Source: Myxococcota bacterium
GTDB taxonomy: Bacteria; Myxococcota; JACRCW01
DNA length: 64,000 bases
Direction: 5' to 3'
Assembly: GCA_040752415.1 (NCBI GenBank)
Contig: JBFMGU010000012.1
Span: forward strand, 12,783-76,782
A program made the position numbers and the translations under genes. Each line of letters opens with the position of its first letter. The stretch's first letter is position 1. Under the pieces are notes generated by a model. It was not told the origin of the DNA. It worked only from the letters and a program-made list of their open reading frames with translations, and did no database searches. Shown piece after piece: positions 47,051 to 56,970 of this stretch.

Positions 47051-48528
47051 TGCCTACGCGCTCCCACCAGCGACGAGCCGTGGGGCTGCGCACCGTGTTG
47101 GCCGCGTTGGCGTTGGCGTTGGCGCTGGCGTCAGGCGCGTGCGCGGGAGGCTCCGCCAACGGGCCCGCGCGACCCCAGGATCTCCGCATTGCGGTCATCG
47201 GCGCGGGAGCGTCGGGCCTGACGGCGGCGTACACCCTCAAGAAGCTCGGCTACGACAACGTCACCGTGTACGAGGCGCTGCCGCAGGTGGGCGGGAAGGT
47301 CAGCTCCTACGCCCACGACAAACACGTCTTCGAGCTCGGCGCGGTGATGGCCATGGCGGACTACACCACCGTCCTTGGTCTGGCCCACGAGCTTGGTATC
47401 CGCCTCCAAGACTTCCAACAGGAATGGACCATCCACGGGCGCGACGGCCAACACCATGACGTGAAGAGCTACCTGTCCGCCAAGCACGGCCTGCGACACT
47501 CACTTGAAGCGCTACACCGGATGGAGCACCTGGCGCTCAAGTATCCGCACCTGCACCACGCCAACCTGGGAGCGGACCCGGACCTGTACCTGCCCTTTGC
47601 AGCCTATGCCCGGAAGCACGGGCTCGAGGCCCTCACCGACGGGTTCAAGCCTTTCATCGTCGGGTGTGGGTACGGCTACTACGAGGAAGTTCCGGCGCTG
47701 TACGTCATCAAGCTTGCGCGCATGATGGAAAACACCGCCGTGCGGAGCGCGCTCGCGGGCATCTCCCCGGGCGCCGCGCCGTTCACTCGCGTCTTTCCCG
47801 AAGGCTTCCAGAAGCTGTGGGAAGCCGTGGCGGCGCGCCTCCACGTGCGGCTCAACCACCGGGTGACGCGCATCGTGCGCAAGCCGTTGGGGCCGGATCA
47901 ATGGAACATCTTCATCACCGCGGCTGGTTCCACCGCGGCCTACGACGCGGTCGTCATTTCGTCGCCCCTCGACAAGGCCCTGCAGTTCCTGGACGCCAGT
48001 CCCGAGGAGCGCGACCTCTTTTCGCGAATCCAGACCTACCAGTACTTCGTCACCGTGTTCGAGGGCGACGGCCTCCCCACGAAGGAGGCAGTGGTCTACG
48101 AAACCGCAACCGCTCCTGAGTCCATCGGTCACGTCATCGTCCTGCACCACAAGTACGAGGACGCACGGATCTGGACCGCGTATCAGCTCGCCCGCAAGGC
48201 CCAGGGGCCGGAGGAGGTGACGCGGATCCTGCGTGACGACGTCATGAGCCTGGGCGGCCGCGTGGACACGGTGATCCGTCAGCAGGCCTGGTCCTATTTC
48301 CCGCACGTCAAGACGGAGGACCTCCAGGCGGGCTTCTATGAGCGCATGGAGGCCCTGCAGGGCAGCCAGGGAACGTACTACGTGGGCGCCATCATGAACT
48401 TCGAGACCGTCGAGCACACCGCGGCGTACGCCCAGCGGCTGATGCTCAAACACTTCCAGGCGCGCGCGCCTGCGGCTGGCCGGGCGCCGCCCGACGTCCC
48501 TGGAAACGCGGTGAGTGCGCGCCGGTGA
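47047..48528 (+). CDS. FAD-dependent oxidoreductase resembling polyunsaturated fatty acid isomerase (PAI), with a lipoprotein signal
   Basis: IAVIGAGASGL, VGGK, ELGA, GYGYYEEVPA.Y, W.YFPHV..EDL.AGFYE.ME.LQG...TYY.G.IM.F. Confidence 0.8.
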   Translation: MMPTRSHQRRAVGLRTVLAALALALALASGACAGGSANGPARPQDLRIAVIGAGASGLTAAYTLKKLGYDNVTVYEALPQVGGKVSSYAHDKHVFELGAVMAMADYTTVLGLAHELGIRLQDFQQEWTIHGRDGQHHDVKSYLSAKHGLRHSLEALHRMEHLALKYPHLHHANLGADPDLYLPFAAYARKHGLEALTDGFKPFIVGCGYGYYEEVPALYVIKLARMMENTAVRSALAGISPGAAPFTRVFPEGFQKLWEAVAARLHVRLNHRVTRIVRKPLGPDQWNIFITAAGSTAAYDAVVISSPLDKALQFLDASPEERDLFSRIQTYQYFVTVFEGDGLPTKEAVVYETATAPESIGHVIVLHHKYEDARIWTAYQLARKAQGPEEVTRILRDDVMSLGGRVDTVIRQQAWSYFPHVKTEDLQAGFYERMEALQGSQGTYYVGAIMNFETVEHTAAYAQRLMLKHFQARAPAAGRAPPDVPGNAVSARR

Positions 48529-48607
48529 TGCCCCTGGAGCCGTTGCCGCGGTGTGGAATGCCCCTCACGTGCGTGCTAATCGACGATCCGCAACGGAGCA
48601 TGCCACC

Positions 48608-49216
48608 ATGCGCGTTCTCGGCCTTGCCCTGTTTGTCCTGATGGTGCCGCCGGCGTGTACGGGCCACCGCAGCACGCACAGCGCGGCGGTGCGGGACCTG
48701 CCAACCCCACCGGCTCGGGCGCTCCGCGTCGCGGTCACGGACTTCACGGATGCCACGCCCGGCGGCGGGGTCCACGCGCACGGAGACTCGCAGCCGGTCG
48801 CGCATGCCCACGGCGTGGTCTTTGCGGACGCCTTTTCCCGCGCGCTGCTGGAGCTTCCGGGATATGAGGTCGTCGAGCGCCGGGAGCTGGCTCGCGTGCT
48901 GGCGCAGCACGAGAACCTGCAGCTCATTGGCGAGGCCACCGGCGAGCTGAAGAAGCTGATGGACCTTGACGGCCTGGTCTTCGGGACGGTCACCGGCTTC
49001 GCCGAGGATCGCGAGCTGGGCCACAACCATGGCGACGTGCGTGCCAACGCGCGCCTCGTGGACCTTGCCACGGGGCGGATCGTGTGGAGCGCGGAGAGCC
49101 AGGTCCGGGTCATGGGAACGCCCGAGGACGCCGCCGCCGAAGCCGCGCGTGGGATGGTCGCCGAGCTTGCGCGCAAGCACCCAGCGGGATGGTCCTCCGT
49201 CACCACCGCGCGATGA
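48608..49216 (+). CDS. CsgG/TolB_N-like lipoprotein
   Basis: Lipobox-like PPAC; RVAV.DF; YEVVER.EL..VL; ARLVDLATGRIVW. Confidence 0.7.
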   Translation: MRVLGLALFVLMVPPACTGHRSTHSAAVRDLPTPPARALRVAVTDFTDATPGGGVHAHGDSQPVAHAHGVVFADAFSRALLELPGYEVVERRELARVLAQHENLQLIGEATGELKKLMDLDGLVFGTVTGFAEDRELGHNHGDVRANARLVDLATGRIVWSAESQVRVMGTPEDAAAEAARGMVAELARKHPAGWSSVTTAR

Positions 49217-49231
49217 GCCGGCTGCGGCACG

Positions 49232-49724
49232 TCACGCCAGGTCGCGCGCCACCGCTTCAATCGCCTTGAGTCCCTGTCCGAAGCGCGCCATCGCCTCGCG
49301 GTTCTGCTCCAGCTCTCCGTAGGGCAGGTAGCGCACGCGCAGGTCGGCGACTCGCTGGAACGCAGGTCGCGCAAGCTGGGCCCGCACGTCCTTCTCCCGC
49401 TCGTCGGGCGCCACCAGGAACAGCCCACGTGCGGCGCCCTGCTGCGCCCCAGCGCCAGGTCCAGCAGATGAACAATCCCCGAATAAATCGACGTCGTGTG
49501 TTCGACCTCGAATGCCGCGCCGACATTGTCCGCGCCACACTCCAGCCACAGCACGTCGACAAGCCGGATGGCGTGTCTCCGGGCGCTTCCGCCAGCTCTC
49601 CTGGCAACTCCTCCAGGCATCCGTCGCCCAGGCGTCTTCCGTCGAGCATTCGACCGCGCTGCCGGTAGGAGCCCGCGGGGTCGTCGCGCCAGCGGGTGAT
49701 GAGGGTGCGGACCAGATCGGTCAT
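49232..49724 (-). pseudogene. Fragmented PD-(D/E)xK restriction-endonuclease-like gene
   Basis: Pieces in three frames: MTDLVRTLITRWRDDP; IRLVDVLWLE..AAFEVEHTTSIYSGIV.LLDL; LFLVAPDEREKDVRAQLARPAF...EAMARFGQGLK. Confidence 0.6.
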
Positions 49725-49995
49725 GTGCTGAACCTCGAACGGGGTTTCCGGCGTCGTGGTGGTGCCCCTGGTTGACGTCACACGGTGCCCATGAGCCGGA
49801 ACGCCGCGCAACGGCTCGGCCCTCCGTTGTTGGAGGATGGTCTCCACAGCTCTGGCAACGCTTCGGCCCGCGGACGACACACGACGCAGCGGTCCCTCCC
49901 CCGCGCCGCACCGGAACGCGCAAGACCTGCGAGAGCGCGGGTTCAGGCGAAAATCCCCGAAGCTCACCCTCGAGCGTGAAGCGCGCACATCCGCG

Positions 49996-50011
49996 TGGCA
50001 TTGCGCATGCA
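49996..50011 (+). promoter_or_regulatory. Sigma54-type promoter
   Basis: TGGCATTGCGCATGCA, GG-N10-GC. Confidence 0.55.
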
Positions 50012-50023
50012 GCGGCACCGAGC

Positions 50024-50335
50024 ATGGAGCCGGACGCTCACACCAGCACTTCGCCTCCGACGATCCGACGAGATCGGCTGCTGTTCGTGGTTGCGGTTGC
50101 GGTCGCGGTTGTCCTCCAGTGGCCAAACCTCTCCACCCTCGTCATGTTCCCCTTGCTCGTCGTGATGTACGTGCGTCTCGCCTTCCGTGAAGTAGCGGAC
50201 ATGGAGAAGGAGCTCGGGGGGGAGTACCGCGCCTACCGACGGCGCACGTCGGCCTTCATTCCACGCCTCAAGCGCGCCCGCGCCACGCCGCCCATGACCG
50301 GGCCGGCGGTCGCGGGTGGTGCTCACGGAGCATGA
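50024..50335 (+). pseudogene. C-terminal remnant of an isoprenylcysteine carboxylmethyltransferase-family membrane protein
   Basis: LQWP.L.TLVMFPLLVVMYVRLA.RE...GGEYRAYRRRT.AFIP; the upstream Y..VRHPQY region is missing. Confidence 0.6.
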
Positions 50336-50336
50336 C

Positions 50337-51770
50337 ATGGAGATCACCTTCTGCGGTGCCGCGGGCACCGTCACCGGCTCGAAGTACCTTGTCACGTCGG
50401 GGAAGCGGCGGCTCCTGGTGGATTGCGGCTTGTTCCAGGGGCTGAAGGAGCTGCGGCTGCGCAACTGGTCACCATTTCCGTTCCAGGCGGTGGGGATCGA
50501 CGCCGTGTTGCTCACGCACGCCCACCTCGATCACAGCGGTGCCATTCCGTTGCTGGTGAAGGCGGGATTCCGCGGCCGGGTCCACTGCACCCGTCCCACA
50601 CGGGACCTGTGCGAGATCCTGCTCACCGACTCGGGCCGACTGCTCGAGGAGGAAGCCGCCTACGCGGAGCGCAAGGGCTACTCCAAGCACAAGCCTCCCC
50701 AGCCGCTCTACACCGCGGACGACGCCAAGGCCGCGCTCACCCATCTCCGCCCCTGGGACATGTTCGAGCCGGTGGATCTCGGCGACGGTCTGCGCGCCAC
50801 CTTCCTGCGGGCCGGGCACATCCTCGGCGCATCCATGATCCTCCTCGAGGACGAGCATCACCGCGTGCTCTTCACCGGGGACCTGGGTCGTCCGCGGGAC
50901 CCCCTCATGTTCCCGCCCACAACGGTGAAGCACGCTGACTGCGTCGTCGTGGAGTCGACGTACGGCAACCGGAAACATCCCGACGTCGATCCGGCGGGGG
51001 AGCTGGCCGCGGTCATCAACCGGACCATCAACCGCGGAGGCACCGTCGTGGTTCCGAGCTTCTGCGTGGGACGCGCACAGGAGTTGCTGCACTACGTGGC
51101 CCACCTCAAGGCGGCCCGGAGGATTCCCGACGTTCCCGTGTTCCTGAACAGCCCCATGGCCCAGGACACCACGGACCTCTACTGCCGGCACGCGCAGTAC
51201 CACCGCTGCACGCCGGAAGAGTGCCGCGCCATGTGCTCCGCCGCGCAGCCGGTGACGACGGTGGCGGGGTCCAGGCTCCTCAACACCCGCACCAGCCCCG
51301 CCATGATCATCGCGGGGAGCGGCATGGCCACGGGCGGCCGGGTCATCCACCACATCAAGGAGCTCGGCCCGGACCCACGGAACACCATCCTCTTCGTCGG
51401 CTTCCAGGCCGCCGGAACGCGGGGGGCCAGCATGGTTGCCGGAGCCCCGACAGTGAAGATCCACGGTGTGGAGATCCCCATCCGCGCCGAGGTGGTGAAT
51501 CTGGGCTTCCTCTCCGCGCACGCTGACGCGGATGAAATCCTCTCCTGGCTGCGCGGGTTTTCCTCCGCGCCGCGGGAAACCTTCGTCACCCACGGGGAGC
51601 CCGGTGCCGCGGCAACGCTGGCACAGCGCATCCAGGCGGAACTGGGATGGCACACCGTCGTCCCCGCGCACCTGGACGTGGCAACGCTGCCGCCGGGGAC
51701 GAAGGAAACTGCACCGAAGCCGTTCGATCCATCACTCCCCGGGCCCGCGGGCTCCTGCTGCCGGAGTTGA
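50337..51770 (+). CDS. MBL-fold beta-CASP metallohydrolase/RNase
   Basis: GAAGTVTGS, THAHLDHSG, AGHILG, FTGDLG, ESTYG, SGMATGGR, SAHAD, THGE. Confidence 0.92.
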   Translation: MEITFCGAAGTVTGSKYLVTSGKRRLLVDCGLFQGLKELRLRNWSPFPFQAVGIDAVLLTHAHLDHSGAIPLLVKAGFRGRVHCTRPTRDLCEILLTDSGRLLEEEAAYAERKGYSKHKPPQPLYTADDAKAALTHLRPWDMFEPVDLGDGLRATFLRAGHILGASMILLEDEHHRVLFTGDLGRPRDPLMFPPTTVKHADCVVVESTYGNRKHPDVDPAGELAAVINRTINRGGTVVVPSFCVGRAQELLHYVAHLKAARRIPDVPVFLNSPMAQDTTDLYCRHAQYHRCTPEECRAMCSAAQPVTTVAGSRLLNTRTSPAMIIAGSGMATGGRVIHHIKELGPDPRNTILFVGFQAAGTRGASMVAGAPTVKIHGVEIPIRAEVVNLGFLSAHADADEILSWLRGFSSAPRETFVTHGEPGAAATLAQRIQAELGWHTVVPAHLDVATLPPGTKETAPKPFDPSLPGPAGSCCRS

Positions 51771-51772
51771 CC

Positions 51773-54259
51773 ATGGCCACGGAAACCCGCCCGACCGCCA
51801 CGCAATCAGGTCTCTCCGCCGCCGAGGCGAAGCTCCGTCAGGCCAGGTACGGCCCCAACGAGATCCAGCGGGCCCAGCCCATCTCCCCCTGGCGCATCCT
51901 CCTGCATCAGTTCACCGGCGCGCTCATCTGGTTGTTGCTTGCCGCGTGCGTCATCTCCGCCGCGCTGGGAGAGGTCATCGACGCCATCGCCATTGGCGCC
52001 ATCCTGGTGGTCAACGCGCTGGTGGGGTTCTTCCAGGAGTACCGCGCGGAGCGTGCGGTGCTGGCGCTGCGCTCCATGACTGCGCCCCGTGCGCGGGTCC
52101 TGCGCGACGGGCGCTCGACGATCCTGCCCGCCTCCGAGGTGGTTCCCGGAGATGTGCTGGTGCTGGAAGCCGGAGACATCGTCGCCGCCGACGCGCGGCT
52201 GCTGGAAGCCCACGCGCTCTCCACCATGGAAGCTCCGCTCACCGGCGAGAGCACTCCGGTGGAGAAACGCGTGGAAGCAAGCCCCATCCCGGCGCCCCTG
52301 GCCGAGCGACACGATTGTGTCTTCCTTGGCACCTCGGTGGCGACGGGCACGGCGCTGGCCGAGGTGTTTGCTATTGGAATGAGCACGGAGCTGGGGCGGA
52401 TTGCCCACCTGCTCAACACGGCGGAGCTTGAAGAGACTCCGCTGCAACAACGGCTCCAGCGCGTTGGCGGAACGTTGCTCAAGTTGTGCGTGGTGCTCGT
52501 GGGGATTGTCACGCTCGTCACGCTGGCGCGCGGCATGGGCTGGCTGGAGGTGCTCATGACGTCGGTGTCGCTCGCCGTGGCGGCGGTGCCGGAAGGGCTT
52601 GCCGCGGTGGTGACCATTGCCCTGGCCATTGGCGTGCAACGCATGGCGTCGCGCAACGTGCTGGTGCGCAGGCTCCCCGCGGTGGAGACCCTGGGCAGCA
52701 CCACCGTCATCTGCACGGACAAGACCGGCACCCTGACCACCGGCGTGATGGTGACGCGCGAAGTGTGGGGCCCGGAGCATCGCAGGGTGCTCCGCGCCGC
52801 GGCCGCTTGTTGTGATGCGGAGCTCTCCCCCGACGGTCGCACCGGAACGGGGGACCCCACGGAGATCGCACTGCTCGCGGCGGCCAGTGAGCGCGGCATC
52901 CGTCGCGGGGATCTGGAACGGGAGGCGCCGCGCGTCACGGTGAACCCGTTTGATTCCGACCGGAAGCGCATGTCCATCCTGCGTGGCGACGGGATCCTCT
53001 ACGTGAAGGGTGCGGTGGAGGTGCTCCTGCCGCGGTGCGTGTCGGGAACGCAGGGGGCGCTGGATGCCAACAACGACATGGCCGCGCGCGGGCTGCGCGT
53101 CCTCGCGATCGCCGTGGGCTCCGGTCCGTGCGAGGAGAACCTGCAACTCGTCGGCCTGGTGGGAATTGCCGACCCGCCCCGCACCGAGGCGATTGACGCC
53201 GTGGAACAGGCTCGCGCCGCGGGAATCAAGACGGTGATGATCACGGGAGACCATCCGGTGACGGCGCAGGCCATTGCGCGGGAGCTCGGCATCCTGCGGC
53301 CTGGCGACGACCCCGCGGAGGTGGTGCACGCTCGCGCCACCGCCGAGGACAAGCTGAAGATCGTCCGGGAGTGGAAGCGCCGGGGCGCCGTGGTGGCCAT
53401 GACCGGCGACGGCGTGAACGACGCACCCGCCCTGCGCGAGGCGCACATCGGCATTGCCATGGGACGGACGGGAACGGAGGTGACCCGCGAGGCCTCCCAC
53501 ATGGTGCTCACCGACGACAATTTCGCGAGCATCGTCGCCGCGGTGAAGGAGGGGCGGGGCATCTACGACAACATCCAGAAGACGCTCATCTACCTGCTCG
53601 CGGGGAATTGCGCGGAGCTGCTGGTGATGTTGGGTGCGGTCGTCGTCGGGATGCCCCTGCCGCTCCTGCCGCTGCAGCTGCTCTGGATCAACCTCGTCAC
53701 AGACGGGCTTCCCGCCCTCGCGCTCGTGATGGACCCCGCGGCCGCGGATACCCTGCGTCGGCCGCCCCGCGCGCCTGGCGACGCCATGCTTGGGCGGCGA
53801 CAGTGGTTGTACGTCGCGGTGACCGGCGCCATGCAGGCGGCGATCACGCTCGCCATGTTCTCGTGGGCCCTGGACAACCGCGACCTCGTTCAGGCGCGGA
53901 ACCTCGCCTTCTCCACGCTCGTGTTCGGAGAGGTCCTCCGCGCCTTCGCCGCACGCAGCACCACCAAGTTGTTCTGGGAGGTGGGCGCCTTCAACAACTG
54001 GCGGCTGCTTGCCGTCGTGTTCGCCTCCGTGCTGGTGCAGCTCGCCATCCACCACCTCGCCTTCGCACGCGCGCTGTTCCAGATCGGGCAGCTCAATCTC
54101 GCGGACTGCGTCCTGACCTTGACGGTGGGGTTGATTCCCGTGTCGGTCCTGGAAATTGGCAAGCTCGTCCTGAGGTGGTGGGGTCGTCGTGAACGCGGGC
54201 AACCTGGCCCGGTGGTCCCACCTCCGCTGGGAGTGCACGCCATCCATGGGCGAAGTTGA
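51773..54259 (+). CDS. P2-type (Ca2+-like) cation-translocating P-type ATPase
   Basis: [40 protein letters not shown]. Confidence 0.93.
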   Translation: MATETRPTATQSGLSAAEAKLRQARYGPNEIQRAQPISPWRILLHQFTGALIWLLLAACVISAALGEVIDAIAIGAILVVNALVGFFQEYRAERAVLALRSMTAPRARVLRDGRSTILPASEVVPGDVLVLEAGDIVAADARLLEAHALSTMEAPLTGESTPVEKRVEASPIPAPLAERHDCVFLGTSVATGTALAEVFAIGMSTELGRIAHLLNTAELEETPLQQRLQRVGGTLLKLCVVLVGIVTLVTLARGMGWLEVLMTSVSLAVAAVPEGLAAVVTIALAIGVQRMASRNVLVRRLPAVETLGSTTVICTDKTGTLTTGVMVTREVWGPEHRRVLRAAAACCDAELSPDGRTGTGDPTEIALLAAASERGIRRGDLEREAPRVTVNPFDSDRKRMSILRGDGILYVKGAVEVLLPRCVSGTQGALDANNDMAARGLRVLAIAVGSGPCEENLQLVGLVGIADPPRTEAIDAVEQARAAGIKTVMITGDHPVTAQAIARELGILRPGDDPAEVVHARATAEDKLKIVREWKRRGAVVAMTGDGVNDAPALREAHIGIAMGRTGTEVTREASHMVLTDDNFASIVAAVKEGRGIYDNIQKTLIYLLAGNCAELLVMLGAVVVGMPLPLLPLQLLWINLVTDGLPALALVMDPAAADTLRRPPRAPGDAMLGRRQWLYVAVTGAMQAAITLAMFSWALDNRDLVQARNLAFSTLVFGEVLRAFAARSTTKLFWEVGAFNNWRLLAVVFASVLVQLAIHHLAFARALFQIGQLNLADCVLTLTVGLIPVSVLEIGKLVLRWWGRRERGQPGPVVPPPLGVHAIHGRS

Positions 54260-54278
54260 CGTCAGGCTCGCCCTGAGC

Positions 54279-55340
54279 TCACGGCCGCAGGCGCAGGATC
54301 GTGCCGCCTTCCCCCACGGCCCATACGCCGGCGGCGCAGCTCCCATGGATCGCGTACACGCTCCGGCCCTCTCCCACGGCGTGCGTCGTCCACGCGGTGC
54401 CATCCCAGTGCGCGGCATGGCCCTGGTACCCCATGACCCAGACGTCGTCGGAAGACGCGGCCCAGATGGCGTAGTCGTAGGTCATGTCGTCACCCACGCT
54501 CCACACCTGCCAGGTGCCGTTCACGTAGCGGTGCACGTAGCCGTACAAGGCGCTGAACCACGCCTCTTCGTGTGACGTCACCCAGACATCGGTGATGGTG
54601 CCCTCCTCGGGTCCCGCAACGTAGGCCCAACCCTCGCCACGGTGTCGGATGAGACGTCCCAGGTGCATGACACCCCAGATGTTGTCCGACGACGATCCGT
54701 GAATCGACGAGATGCTGATGGGTTGCTCGGTGATGTCGGCCTGGAGCACCCAGCGCTCGCCGTCCCAGTGTCCCAGGATCTGGCTGGCGGGGCTGACCGC
54801 ACCTCCTCCCAGCCACACGTCATCGTCGGCAGCCCCCCACAGCGTGCTGAACGAGCCGAAGGTTTCAAGGCGCACGGTGCCGTCGAGCTGCCAGGAGCTG
54901 CCATCCCAGCGCAGCAGTCGGTCCCCGGCAGTGGCCCAGCCCTCCGTCGCGCGCGCAAGCCACACCTCGCCCGCGCGCCCTGTGGTCACCGTCTGCCAGA
55001 TGACCCACTCGGTACCTGTCCACCGCAACATGGATCCCTCACTCCCCGTGATCCACGCGTCGGAAGCGTCCACCACGAACACCGAGGAGAGGTCCTCCGT
55101 GGTGGGCGAGCGCATGCGTTCCCAGGTCGGGCCTCCGTCGGTGCGCCGGCACGCCTCCAGGGGAAGCCCGCCCGCATCCTCCGCGCCGGCATCGGTGCCG
55201 CCCGCGTCCGGCTCCGGACCCGCCCCCGCGTCATGTGCTCCGCCGTCCGCGTCAAGGGCGAGGATCTGGAGGGAGGGCTCACACCCAGCGCCAGCCGCGA
55301 CGAGAACGGCGACAGCGCAGCATCCCGACGTCCACCGCAT
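54279..55340 (-). CDS. Beta-propeller (BNR/WD40-like repeat) lipoprotein
   Basis: Lipobox GAGC; repeated W....DDVW..G...HWDG..W units. Confidence 0.8.
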   Translation of the reverse strand: MRWTSGCCAVAVLVAAGAGCEPSLQILALDADGGAHDAGAGPEPDAGGTDAGAEDAGGLPLEACRRTDGGPTWERMRSPTTEDLSSVFVVDASDAWITGSEGSMLRWTGTEWVIWQTVTTGRAGEVWLARATEGWATAGDRLLRWDGSSWQLDGTVRLETFGSFSTLWGAADDDVWLGGGAVSPASQILGHWDGERWVLQADITEQPISISSIHGSSSDNIWGVMHLGRLIRHRGEGWAYVAGPEEGTITDVWVTSHEEAWFSALYGYVHRYVNGTWQVWSVGDDMTYDYAIWAASSDDVWVMGYQGHAAHWDGTAWTTHAVGEGRSVYAIHGSCAAGVWAVGEGGTILRLRP

Positions 55341-55784
55341 GGAACCCGCCTGGCGCATCGCGATGCCCAACTCCGCGCTCAGCCTACCACGTGGCTCCGT
55401 CGCGGTCGGCAACACCGAACCCTCACCGAGCCCCCCGCGGCAGCCAAGCCTGCACGTTCGCAGGGCCCGACCTCGAAAGGCACGCCTGCACGACGTCACC
55501 GCGCCGGGCTCTGCGTTGGGGTCGGCGGTTGGAATAGCGTCGCGCGTTCACCGAGCGAGCGCAGGGGCTTGAACGTGGGGGGCCCGAGGTGTCCGCCGGA
55601 CGCGGCGGAAAGGGCAGATCCACGGTCGCCGCCCCTCTGGCCGTTCGAGGTGGCGCCATGGCCATGGACCGCATGATGGCGATGATGCCGGACCTGGCAG
55701 CTGGATGCAGTTGCTGGAACAAGCCATCCGCGTTGTTGGCACGCTCCGTGGATGCGCCTCGGGTAGGACTTGGCGGAGGCACCC

Positions 55785-56426
55785 ATGGCGACGAACTACA
55801 TTCCGGCGCTGCGCTACCAGCGGCTGGACCGATTCTACGACCCGCTCGTGACGCTGCTCGGGTACGGGCGGAGCTTCCACACCCGGGTCGCGGAGCTCCT
55901 CGCGCTCCAGCCGGGAGAGGCGGTGCTCGACGTCGGTGCGGGAACGGGAACCCTGGCCATCCTTCTCAAGCAGCGCGTTCCCTCGGCGCGTGTCGTCGGG
56001 CTGGATATCGATCCGGCAATCCTCGAGATTGCGGGAGAAAAGGCACGAAACGCCGGCGTGGACGTGGAGTGGAAGGAGGCGCCCGCCCAGGACCTTCCTT
56101 TCCGTGCGCAGTCCTTCGACCGGGTGGTGTCCTCGCTGGCATTCCATCACCTGCGTTCCGCGGACAAACACGCTGCCATGGAGGAGGTGGCGCGCGTGCT
56201 GCGGCCGGGCGGCATGTTCCTGCTTGCCGACATGGGGCCGCTGCAACTGCCTGGCGCCGGCGTCGTCAATCGCCTGCTGGCGTTCAATGTCGTCGAGCAG
56301 GTCGGGGACAACTTTGCCGGACGGATTCCCGCCATGCTGCGCGCGGCCGGCTTCCGCGACGTCACCACCGCGGGAGTATTCCGTCGCCACGTACACTTGT
56401 GGCGGGCCTGGAAACCCGGGGGCTGA
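55785..56426 (+). CDS. Class I SAM-dependent methyltransferase
   Basis: VLDVGAGTG, GLDID, LPF..SFD.V.SSL.FHHL, RVLRPGG. Confidence 0.92.
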   Translation: MATNYIPALRYQRLDRFYDPLVTLLGYGRSFHTRVAELLALQPGEAVLDVGAGTGTLAILLKQRVPSARVVGLDIDPAILEIAGEKARNAGVDVEWKEAPAQDLPFRAQSFDRVVSSLAFHHLRSADKHAAMEEVARVLRPGGMFLLADMGPLQLPGAGVVNRLLAFNVVEQVGDNFAGRIPAMLRAAGFRDVTTAGVFRRHVHLWRAWKPGG

Positions 56427-56682
56427 GCAGCGGGGGGTTGAAATGCTCGCGTCCGGTTGTTCCTCGTGAGCGCGGCGACAAAGACCCGAACCTCCGGGAG
56501 CAAACGCGCGTCGGCGACGTGATTGTTCTTGTTACGGATGGGGAAGGTCTTCACCATGCGCGGGAGGATGGTCTGCGGGTCGGGGGTTTGGCTCCCGGGA
56601 CGTCGCCACGTTGATGCAACACTCCGCGCGGCCGCGCGCGCGGCACACACTTTCCAGGACCAGGTTGCCCATGAACCACGCC

Positions 56683-56970
56683 ATGAAGCTTTTCGTGCTG
56701 GTTTCTGCTCTGGCGGGATGCGCCGGTGAAGGCGCTTCTCGCCGGCTCCCGGCGTCGCATCCCGCAAGCCCGGACGCCCCACCTGCTGCCGTTCCCCCCG
56801 TGGCATCCGCGCTCCGCGACGGCCCGCTCCTCGAGGAAGCGGAGGAGCCCGACGCGGCGCCCATGCCACACCACGGTCACGGCGCCCACGGGCAGGAGCC
56901 CCTCTCCACCGACCAACCCGCGGATCACGACGCGCACGGGACGGACAACCATGGCCATGAAGCACGGTGA
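56683..56970 (+). CDS. Small His-rich lipoprotein
   Basis: Lipobox LAGC; SHPASP; tail MPHHGHGAHG..DHDAHG.DNHGH; first gene of the tolC-mco unit. Confidence 0.75.
   Translation: MKLFVLVSALAGCAGEGASRRLPASHPASPDAPPAAVPPVASALRDGPLLEEAEEPDAAPMPHHGHGAHGQEPLSTDQPADHDAHGTDNHGHEAR

Noticed and set aside
55658..55720. Met-rich stretch MAMDRMMAMMPDLAAGCSC as another metal-binding peptide
   Set aside because: No nearby stop; the frame runs out of phase through the methyltransferase gene; insufficient support
55737..55752. Sigma54 promoter before the methyltransferase
   Set aside because: Perfect -24 (TGGCACG) but the -12 reads GG rather than GC, and no palindromic site nearby; left uncalled
55771..55779. 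TGGCGGAGG as the second att copy of the tRNA 3' end
   Set aside because: Only about 9 bp and it doubles as the methyltransferase RBS; similar short matches occur inside fliC
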